64,000 nucleotides of DNA, from the NCBI GenBank assembly GCA_024641665.1, contig JAHECP010000009.1, positions 3,038-67,037 on the forward strand, written 5' to 3'. The notes beneath the pieces are model-generated. The model ran no database searches. It was given only the letters and a program-made list of their open reading frames with translations, and had not been told where the DNA came from. The stretch is from Acidobacteriota bacterium. Lineage in GTDB: Bacteria; Acidobacteriota; Vicinamibacteria; Vicinamibacterales; JAHECP01. The position numbers were made by a program, and so were the translations under genes. This document shows positions 56,761 through 64,000 of this stretch, piece after piece (the first letter of the stretch is position 1; each line of letters opens with the position of its first letter).

Positions 56761-56852
56761 AGCTAATTGTGATACGACATAAAGAGCTAATATTGATTCG
56801 GCGCGAAAAGCTCACAACGGCACGGCTCCAAGAGCTAACGGAAGCCCCCCAT
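56757..56852 (+). promoter_or_regulatory. Four units of a strict 24-bp periodic motif (A/G)AGCT(A/C)A immediately upstream of the Fic start codon; candidate operator or iteron array
   Basis: AGCT cores start at 56761, 56785, 56809 and 56833 (spacing exactly 24). The units are aaaaagctaattgtgatacgacat / aaagagctaatattgattcggcgc / gaaaagctcacaacggcacggctc / caagagctaacggaagccccccat. The segment is conspicuously A+T-rich for this genome. Confidence 0.5.
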
Positions 56853-58479
56853 GGCCACACCCTCGGAGAAGCTCGCTGAGTCCCTCAAGGTCCTGCGCGC
56901 GCTGCAGAAGGCCGGTGGCGGCGCGGCGATCCGGGCGCGCGACCTGACGCGGACGCATCGCGAACGTCTGGTGTCGAGCGGGTTCCTCCGCGAAGTCATC
57001 AAGGGCTGGTACACACCCGCCAGGCCGGACGAGGCTCCGGGCGAGAGCACGGCCTGGTATGCGGCATTCTGGCCGTTCGCCGCCGCCTACCTCGAACACC
57101 GGTTCGGCCGGAACTGGGCGCTGTCGCCCGAGCAGTCGATTGCGCTGCATGGCGGCAACTGGACGGTGCCCAGGCAGCTCGTCGTGCGCGCTCCCAGGGG
57201 ACGCAACAAGATCACGAGCTTCCCGCATGGCACGTCACTGCTCGACCTGCGCGCGGCACTTCCCGCCGCGTCCGACAGACAGGAACGCGAAGGCCTGCGG
57301 ATCTTCTCGCTCGAGTCCGCCCTGATCCAATGCTCTCCGAACGTCTTCTCGCGCCGCGCGACGGATGTTCGCGCCGCGATGGCGACCCTGCGCTCACCGT
57401 CCCGTCTGCTTTCCAGGCTGCTCGAAGGAGGCCACACGACCGTTGCCGGCCGACTCGCGGGCGCGTTCCGCAACAACGGCCGAGGTGACGTCGCCGACGA
57501 CATCGTCAGGACGATGAGGACCGCGGGGTACGACGTGCGCGAAACCGACCCCTTCGCGGATCGTCCGGCACTTGCGCTTCTCTCACGCGAGACGTCTCCG
57601 TACGTGAATCGCGTCAGGCTCCTCTGGCAGAAGATGCGCGCGCCCGTCATCGAACGATTCCCGAAGGCGCCGGGACTACCGCCGGATGCCGACGCGTACA
57701 TGAAGGGTGTCAGCGACGCCTACGTGACCGATGCGTATCACTCCCTCTCGATCGAGGGCTATCAGGTCTCGCCTGAGCTGATTGAGCGGGTGCGCAGCGG
57801 CGTATGGAATCCGGCGGGTGATCGGCACGACCGCGAGCAGCGCGACGCGATGGCGGCACGCGGGTATTTTCAAGCCTACGGCGCGGTGCAGCTCACTATC
57901 CGCAGAGTCCTGAGCGGTCAAGACCCCGGCGAGGTCGCGCGAGAAGATCATCCCACGTGGCATCGGGAGCTCTTCGCGCCCTCCGTCTCGGCCGGCCTGC
58001 TCCGCCCTGCCGACCTCGCGGGTTATCGCAACGGCCCCGTGTACATCCGGGGCTCCATGCACGTACCGCCGAACCGCGATGCGGTGCTGGATGCCATGCC
58101 GGCCCTGTTCGATCTGCTGCGCGACGAGACGGACCCGGCGGTGCGCGTCGTGCTCGGGCATTTTCTGTTCGTCTACATCCATCCCTATCTGGACGGCAAC
58201 GGCCGCATGGGTCGGTTCCTGATGAACCTCGTGCTGGCGGCGGGCGGGTATCCCTGGACCGTCATTCCGATCGCGAGGCGCACAGCCTACATGGCCGCTC
58301 TCGAGCGGGCGAGCGTCGGCGAGGACATCCGGCCGTTCGCGCAGTTCCTGGCCGACCTCGTCGAAGAGCGCCTGGCCGGAGGACCGCTGCCGGACGTACC
58401 GAAGAGCTCCGGTGCAGATGGTGCACAAGGGTGCGAGGTGGCAGCCGCCGTCGCTGCGCTTTGGCGAGCCAAGCCATGA
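56851..58479 (+). CDS. Fic-family protein (AMPylase-type motif) with an N-terminal winged-helix / AbiEi-like region
   Basis: The Fic motif is HPYLDGNGRMGRFLMNLVL (HxFx[D/E]GNGRxxR variant). The N-terminus IRARDLTRTHRERLVSSGFLREVIKGWY resembles AbiEi-type wHTH antitoxin domains. Confidence 0.85.
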   Translation: MATPSEKLAESLKVLRALQKAGGGAAIRARDLTRTHRERLVSSGFLREVIKGWYTPARPDEAPGESTAWYAAFWPFAAAYLEHRFGRNWALSPEQSIALHGGNWTVPRQLVVRAPRGRNKITSFPHGTSLLDLRAALPAASDRQEREGLRIFSLESALIQCSPNVFSRRATDVRAAMATLRSPSRLLSRLLEGGHTTVAGRLAGAFRNNGRGDVADDIVRTMRTAGYDVRETDPFADRPALALLSRETSPYVNRVRLLWQKMRAPVIERFPKAPGLPPDADAYMKGVSDAYVTDAYHSLSIEGYQVSPELIERVRSGVWNPAGDRHDREQRDAMAARGYFQAYGAVQLTIRRVLSGQDPGEVAREDHPTWHRELFAPSVSAGLLRPADLAGYRNGPVYIRGSMHVPPNRDAVLDAMPALFDLLRDETDPAVRVVLGHFLFVYIHPYLDGNGRMGRFLMNLVLAAGGYPWTVIPIARRTAYMAALERASVGEDIRPFAQFLADLVEERLAGGPLPDVPKSSGADGAQGCEVAAAVAALWRAKP

Positions 58480-58739
58480 CGCCGTGGTGCGGCTTTGTTC
58501 AAGAGAAGCTGCCGCGTGAGCGAAGGGATCGCGCCACCGGGCACCTCGTGCACCTAGCACCTTGCGCACTCCGGTGCACCTCGCCCCGCCCTGACGTCAC
58601 CATCTCGACCGCCGCGTCGGTCCCACGGCCTCGGCGATCGCGTTGACCAAGTAACGACTCGCGCCTCACCGCTCGCCAATTCCCTCTGGGGCCGTACAGC
58701 CCGTCAATTCCCCTTGAGGCCGCACAGGGCCGTACAAGA

Positions 58740-59396
58740 TCACTGAAGTCGACGAATGCCCTGAAGCTGAAAGGACGTGTTCAAGGTCACCACCACTCGG
58801 TCCCTGTTGGGTCCCCGAACGGTCACTTCCCACTCGCCTTCAGTCAGCGAGACCGCAACAACCTCAGGGGATGGGGCGGGCTCGGCGCGGTTCCTGAAAA
58901 AAAAGAAGTCGAGACCGACTTGACTGAGATCGACGAGCGTGTACAGGTCATAGCCTCGTCGCCTGACCTCACCTTTGGCGAACTCTCCCTTCTTCGGCTC
59001 GACAGCAGCCACCGCGGCATTCAGCGCGTCCTGCAGACTCTCGGCGCGTTCGCTCGATGTCCTGATCGCCAACGACCGGTGCAGCATCGTGAAGAGCACG
59101 AGCCTATCGTCCGCGAGATACACCAGCGAACCGCTCCGGAGCCCGTCCAGTATGCCCGGCCGCGTGCCAGCACTCGCCAGGCCGAACACCCAGCAAAACA
59201 AGCCGCTCTCGGGCTCGTAGAACACTGCAATTGCGCCTTCATCTCCTTCACCGAGGACCTCGACGTCGACGTACCGCTCGCCCGCCTCCACGCTTCGAGA
59301 ACCTTCGGGAGTCACGACGGGAAACTGCTCCGTTATCGGTTGCCAGACGTACAGCTTCTGAATACAAGCCAAGCCCGACATCAAGAACACGGACAT
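58740..59396 (-). CDS. Hypothetical protein (218 aa)
   Basis: ORF-track 58740..59849 trimmed to ATG 59396, because the upstream part is Arg/Pro-rich and implausible. The retained part has ordinary composition. Confidence 0.5.
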   Translation of the reverse strand: MSVFLMSGLACIQKLYVWQPITEQFPVVTPEGSRSVEAGERYVDVEVLGEGDEGAIAVFYEPESGLFCWVFGLASAGTRPGILDGLRSGSLVYLADDRLVLFTMLHRSLAIRTSSERAESLQDALNAAVAAVEPKKGEFAKGEVRRRGYDLYTLVDLSQVGLDFFFFRNRAEPAPSPEVVAVSLTEGEWEVTVRGPNRDRVVVTLNTSFQLQGIRRLQ

Positions 59397-59680
59397 CGTG
59401 ATCGTCTTCGCCAGGAGGCGGAGGAAGGCGCGCCGGAGCTGGGCGATCTGGCGGAGCGGGCTCCCGCTCTGGGCGCCGACCGAGGCGGTCGGCGCGAGGC
59501 CCATCGGGGCCACGAGCCACAGGCGAGCGCGACCCACGAGGAGCCCCTTTCTGCCCGCGGCGGCACCACGCGCGCATGGGGGGTGGCGCGCGCGTTTCGG
59601 AGACTCTACGCAGGAGGTTGGACACTCCGCCCCCTGAGGCCGCCCCGGCTCAGCCCAACGGCGTTGCGTTGATGATGCCG

Positions 59681-60259
59681 TCACCGGCCCCGGCGAGCAA
59701 GGGCCCTGTTCCGGAGCACCACTGCGGCCGTGACGCCGTTGACCGCGATCATGGTGATGATGGCGGCCTTGCGGTGGTGCTTGGCCATGCGGCTGACAAA
59801 GTAGAGCGTCCCCGCTGTGGTCACGGCCTTGATGGCCGTCGACGCCCACGGGTTGCTCGCCGTGGACCTGAGCAGCGGACTAACCTCGTGTGCGCCGTTG
59901 TTCAGTGCCGCCATCGTGGAGTGGATGTCCATCGCCTGGAGCACTCCATAGGTGCCGTACAGCGCAGGCAGGACGATCGAGGCATTCTGGACGTTGGCCT
60001 GGGGCGCGGGCACGCGCACGCTTACCTGCGCCGGCTTGACGACCACCGGCGCCGACCCCTGAACGGGCTGGACGTCGGGGGCGGCACACAGGATGCTGTG
60101 ATCCGGCACAATGATGTCGCTGCTGTACACGCTGCCCCAAACGATGGTGTCCGGGGCGCTCACAGGCCGGCACAGATCGAATGAATTCTGGGCGGCGGCT
60201 GGTAGCGCCCCGAGGGTGACCATCGAGCACATCAGGGCGGCGGTGAGCGTGCGTGACAT
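59681..60259 (-). CDS. Secreted/membrane hypothetical protein
   Basis: ORF-track 59681..60325 trimmed to ATG 60259 (GGAGTC SD). The signal peptide is MSRTLTAALMCSMVTLGALPAAAQ. The C-terminal region has hydrophobic helices. Confidence 0.6.
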   Translation of the reverse strand: MSRTLTAALMCSMVTLGALPAAAQNSFDLCRPVSAPDTIVWGSVYSSDIIVPDHSILCAAPDVQPVQGSAPVVVKPAQVSVRVPAPQANVQNASIVLPALYGTYGVLQAMDIHSTMAALNNGAHEVSPLLRSTASNPWASTAIKAVTTAGTLYFVSRMAKHHRKAAIITMIAVNGVTAAVVLRNRALARRGR

Positions 60260-60313
60260 CGTTGACTCCTGCAAGACCAGCTCACGCCTCATTGCGCGGC
60301 TGCCCTTCTTTAC

Positions 60314-60328
60314 TGCGGGATCCATGCC
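60314..60328 (-). promoter_or_regulatory. Candidate sigma-54 (-24/-12) promoter for the 59681-60259 gene
   Basis: The minus strand reads GGCATGGATCCCGCA, with GG and GC separated exactly as in TGGCAC-N5-TTGCA. It lies about 55 nt upstream of ATG 60259. An adjacent inverted repeat is cctgca-N8-tgcagg (60329-60348). Confidence 0.4.
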
Positions 60329-60854
60329 CCTGCAAAGGTCAATGCAGGCAGTTGAAAATAAAAGGCTTCGAAGACTTGGCGCTGGCTGTCCACCGTGCGA
60401 AACGTGCAGCGTTGTCTCACTAGGCGTGCGGGTCTGATACGGTCGAGGGGGGTCAGAACGGAATCGATTTCGGGGAATTCAGAGCGGCCTGGGAGACCGT
60501 ACGTCAGTGACCGTCCACGTTGTCGGCAAACGGTACGGCCCTGGCTCAGTCCAGATCGACCGGCGTAATCACACGCACGGTGTTTCTGGGGAAACAGCCA
60601 TGGTTCGCACATGTGTTGCACTATTCTCGACCACGTTGCCCTGACGACGGATCGGCCGTACCGCAACGCCCTGACCTCCCGAGCGGGCCGCCGAAACGCT
60701 GCGTAACGAGGCCTGCCGCGGACGGCGGCAGCTGGACCTCGTGGAGACGTTCCTGGGTTCCATGGGCTTGTGACGATTGCGTTTACCGCCGGGAGCCGTT
60801 CTGCGGGAAGCGTGGGCGTGCGCCAGCCGCGCTCAGACTGGCGCACTCCGTGGC

Positions 60855-62239
60855 TCACTTGTTGATGTTCAACCGATCGAGCCACCGATAGAGGGACCGC
60901 CGACTCATGCCGAGGAGTTGCGCCGCTGCGGTCTTGTTGCCGCCGACCTCACGCAGCACATGCTCGATCTGATCGCGCTGCGCCGTCGAGAACAGGTGCG
61001 CGCCGGCCGGAGGTGCGTTGGGCGCGCCCAAGCCTGCGGCAGTCCTGGGCGGCGGGGTCGACATCGCGGCGACGAACTCACGTTCGGTGAGGATCTGACT
61101 CTCGCTCAGGATGCACGCTCGCTCGACGATGTTCTTGAGCTCGCGGACGTTGCCGGGCCACGGCGCCTGCTGCAGGAGCCGCTCGGCGGCGGGCGTGACG
61201 CCCGTGATCGGACGCTTCAGCCGCGCGGCGAACTGCCGCACGAAATTGGCGGTGAGATACGGGATGTCCTCGCGGCGCTCGCGGAGCGGCGCGAGGTGGA
61301 TCTCGATGATGCTGAGCCGGTAGAACAGGTCGGAGCGAAAACGGCCCGCGGTGGCTTCGACCCTGAGGTCACGATTGGTCGCCGCCATCACGCACACGTC
61401 GACACGCCGGGTCTCCAGCGACCCGACGCGCTGCACCTCTCCCTGCTCCACCGCCCGCAGCAGCTTCGCCTGGAGCGGGAACGGCAAGTCGCCCGCTTCG
61501 TCGAGAAACAACGTACCGCCGTCGGCGTGCTCGAAGAGGCCGACTTTTGCCTCGGTCGCCCCCGTGAACGCGCCGCGGACGTGGCCGAACAGCTCGCTCT
61601 CGAACAGCGTCTCCACGACGGCCGAGCAGTTCACGGTGACGAGCCGCCGATCGCGGCGCGCGCCCAGCTTCTGGAGCGCCTTGGCGACCAGCTCCTTTCC
61701 AGTGCCGGTCTCCCCGACGATGAGCACGGTACGCACGTGCCGCGCCAACCGGCGAATCAGGTCGAACAGCTCCTGCATCGTCGGGCTGCGACCGATCATC
61801 CCGTGAAACTCGAAGCGCTTCGCGACGTCGGCGTCGATCTGCAAGAGCCGTTCGCGCTGCTCGATCCGCTCGCGAACCGCCACCAGGAGCTTCCGCAGCC
61901 GCTCGAAGTCCAACGGCTTGCTCAGATAGTCGAGGGCGCCCGATTTGACTGCTTCGATTGCGGTATCGACGGTCGCATTGCCGGTCATGAGGATGACCTG
62001 ACATTGGGATCGGCGGTGCGAATGGCCTGGAGCACGTCGATTCCGATGAGCCCCGGCATGCGGAGATCGACCAGCGCAACGTCCGGCTTCACGTCAGGAA
62101 GGCACGCGAGCGCCTCCCGCCCGCTGCGTCGGAAGGCGACCTCAAAGCGCTGTTGCCTGGCGAACCGCTCGACGATCTCCAGCACGACCGGCTCGTCGTC
62201 GACGACCAGCAGTCGCGGAGTGCTCTCAGTCAGCAGCAT
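60855..62239 (-). pseudogene. NtrC-family sigma-54-dependent response regulator (receiver + AAA+ + Fis-type HTH) split by a 1-nt frameshift near 62000
   Basis: ORF-track 61985..62293 is the receiver (LLVVDDEPVVLE...VALVDLRMPGLIGIDVLQAIRTADPNV) and stops as RSSS*. ORF-track 60855..61988 continues as MTGNATVDTAIEAVKSGALDYLSKP...GETGTGKE...GAFTGA...ESELFGH...QLLGMSRRSLYRWL. The frame just upstream of 61988 reads QVIL, the expected continuation. Confidence 0.8.
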
Positions 62240-62660
62240 GGGCCATGTGCTCGCAGCGTTGGCGCGAACTTCAGCGACTGCTCGGCGCCGCATCCGTAAA
62301 TGTCCTGGAATGGCGCGAGGAGAATCATGTCTTCAGCGCGATCGGTGCCTCGTGCCACTTCGACCCCGTATCCGCTTGAGTACAAGACGCCGAGGGCCAG
62401 GCAGCTCATCTCCTTAATTTCTCGGCAGTGCTGACAACTATACGATAAGGAGCAGATCGCAGAAGGATGCAAACATAGGTAACCATGGGCAACTATAGCC
62501 CCGCGCCGATCCTCCAGGCCGTTGCGCCCCCCCCACCTCGACTGACGATTCCCGCCCAGACTTGTTCCAAATCTGAACGGATTCGCGTCTGATGGTCTCG
62601 CCCGGAAAAGGCCTCGTAACTACCCACGCTGGCAGGATGTTACTTGCAGATGGCACAGGA

Positions 62661-62676
62661 TGGCGCAGATTTTGCG
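62661..62676 (+). promoter_or_regulatory. Candidate sigma-54 (-24/-12) promoter upstream of the PAS histidine kinase gene
   Basis: tggcgcagattttgcg = TGGCgC-N5-TTGCg with correct GG/GC spacing. It is preceded by a second TGGCAC (62651-62656). It lies 120-165 nt upstream of the candidate start codons. Confidence 0.5.
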
Positions 62677-62841
62677 TGCGGTAAGAACCGGTTCGGTCTG
62701 CCACGCCGAGCCAGCGGCACAGAGCCGTCGATGCTGCAAGGGGGCGAACACTTGGACGTCGCGGCACCAAATGCTCCGGCCGGGTCACGCCGATAGATGA
62801 TCCAGAGTTTGTGTCGGGCCCGAGGATGCAACCCATGCATC

Positions 62842-64000
62842 ATGAGACCACTGAGGACTGAGCCAACGCCGGCAGATGATCCACCAACGGCGACCGAGGT
62901 GCTGTGGGATGCGGCAGAACGGCTACGCGCCGTCGAGGAGGCCGCGCCGGTCAGCCTCGTCGCGCTCGATCAGGACGAGCGCGTCACGATGTGGAATCGC
63001 GCCGCTGAGCGCCTGTTTGGGTGGCGCGCCTCGGAAGTCATGGGCCGTCCCAACCCGCTGATCCCGGATGACCGACAGACTGAGTATGCGGCCTTGCGCG
63101 CGCGTGTGCTGCAGGGCGAGGCCTTGTCGGGGATCGAGATATGCCGCCAACGCAAGGATGGATCCCTGATTACGATCAGTCTGTGCATCGCTCCCATTCG
63201 GGACGCCGAGGGGCACGTGTGCGGCACCATGAACGTGCTGACCGACCTCAGCGAGGCCAAGCGTCTGGAGCAACAGTTCGCGCAGGCGCAGAAGATGGAG
63301 GCCATCGGACAGCTGGCCGGCGGCATCGCGCACGATTTTAATAATCTCCTGACTGCGATCATCGGGTACAGCAACCTCGTGCTTGATCGGGTCCGTGATC
63401 AGCCCGACATCGCGGCCGATGTTGAAGAGATTGGGAAGGCGGGCGAACGGGCCAGTTGCCTCACTCGTCAACTGCTCGCGTTCAGTCGCAAGCAGCTGTT
63501 GAGGCCGCAGGTTCTGGATCTCAATCAGGTGGTGCGCGATTTCAACAAGATGCTGAGACGCGTCGTCAGTGACGACATCCGCTTCGACATCGTCGCGGCG
63601 CCCTCCCTCGGCCGCACGAAAGCCGATCCAGGCCACATGGAGCAACTGCTGATGAACCTCGTCGTCAACGCGCGCGACGCGATGCCGCAGGGCGGCGCAC
63701 TGACGCTCGAGACCGCCAACGCCGTCCTGGACCCAGAGTTCGTTCGCCGGCACCCGGGATCCGAACCCGGCGACTACGTCTCGCTCGCCGTCAAGGACAC
63801 CGGCTGTGGCATGGCACCCGAGGTGCTCGCCCACGTCTTCGAGCCGTTCTTCACGACCAAGGGGCCCGCTAAAGGCACCGGCCTCGGCCTGTCCACGGCG
63901 TACGGGATCGTGAGGCAGAGTGGCGGCTATATCACGGTCGAGAGCACCCCTGGAGTCGGAACGACTTTTACCATCTACTTGCCAAGAGTGAACGAGGCGA
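62842..64000 (+). CDS. PAS-domain sensor histidine kinase (HisKA + HATPase_c); the 3' end runs off the window
   Basis: Not in the ORF track because there is no stop in the window. Own translation: MRPLRTEPTP...VSLVALDQDERVTMWNRAAERLFGW (PAS), then MEAIGQLAGGIAHDFNNLLTAI (H-box), NLVVNARDAM (N-box), DTGCGM and GTGLGLSTAYGIV (G-boxes). An alternative in-frame ATG lies at 62797. Confidence 0.85.
   Translation, partial: MRPLRTEPTPADDPPTATEVLWDAAERLRAVEEAAPVSLVALDQDERVTMWNRAAERLFGWRASEVMGRPNPLIPDDRQTEYAALRARVLQGEALSGIEICRQRKDGSLITISLCIAPIRDAEGHVCGTMNVLTDLSEAKRLEQQFAQAQKMEAIGQLAGGIAHDFNNLLTAIIGYSNLVLDRVRDQPDIAADVEEIGKAGERASCLTRQLLAFSRKQLLRPQVLDLNQVVRDFNKMLRRVVSDDIRFDIVAAPSLGRTKADPGHMEQLLMNLVVNARDAMPQGGALTLETANAVLDPEFVRRHPGSEPGDYVSLAVKDTGCGMAPEVLAHVFEPFFTTKGPAKGTGLGLSTAYGIVRQSGGYITVESTPGVGTTFTIYLPRVNEA

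Noticed and set aside
1-64000. Search by eye for tRNA (GTTCGAATC/GGTTCGA T-loop contexts), rRNA and riboswitch-like elements
   Set aside because: The few GGTTCGA occurrences (e.g. near 3787 and 18395) lack flanking complementary T-arm stems. Nothing could be supported without a covariance-model scan.

Overview
This is a 64-kb, high-G+C bacterial chromosomal window. I saw no rRNA, tRNA or CRISPR array by eye. The gene content looks like an Acidobacteriota-type genome, but that is inference only. It includes duplicated-FtsX 'ADOP' MacB-like permeases (two intact, one remnant, one next to a PadR regulator), a CarboxypepD_reg-fronted TonB-dependent receptor, an ECF sigma / TPR anti-sigma pair and a sigma-54 two-component module. 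Bases ~1-37.5 kb are a mosaic accessory, defence-island-like region with visibly lower and patchy G+C. It carries an IS66 transposase, an IS630 remnant fused to a permease fragment, a HigB/RelE-type toxin-antitoxin pair, two Abi_C/HEPN proteins and many orphan ORFs. Bases 37.8-56.3 kb look core-like: permeases, YceI, EVE-domain protein, glgB, methyltransferase, YCII and the TonB-dependent receptor. Bases 56.4-60.3 kb are a second accessory patch holding a Fic protein behind a truncated gene. Bases 60.8-64 kb hold an NtrC-type regulator (frameshifted) and a PAS histidine kinase that runs off the window. Two gene clusters match no named system that I know, and they are the main candidates for something undescribed. 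(A) 26922-30993 has four translationally coupled genes: two Dcd/Dut-fold paralogs (one lacks the catalytic Glu), a SAMHD1-type HD dNTPase fused to a TIR-like domain, and a ThiL/PurM-fold enzyme. (B) 4067-7747 has a PPG-repeat mini-ORF plus hairpin, a 92-aa orphan, a JAB-E1 (ThiF) fusion, a single-module ClpB-type AAA+ ATPase with a novel N-terminus, and a small membrane protein. Other notable structure:
- a 265-bp near-perfect duplication around an ECF sigma gene
- a 206-bp direct repeat pair 17 kb apart
- a tandem array of 19-bp palindromes
- a strict 24-bp periodic array in front of the Fic gene
- two sigma-54-type promoters
- three point-like coding lesions (two in-frame TAG codons, one 1-nt frameshift)
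Two long ORFs that touch the window edges (1-1827 minus, 62842-64000 plus) are missing from the ORF track, so I translated them by hand.
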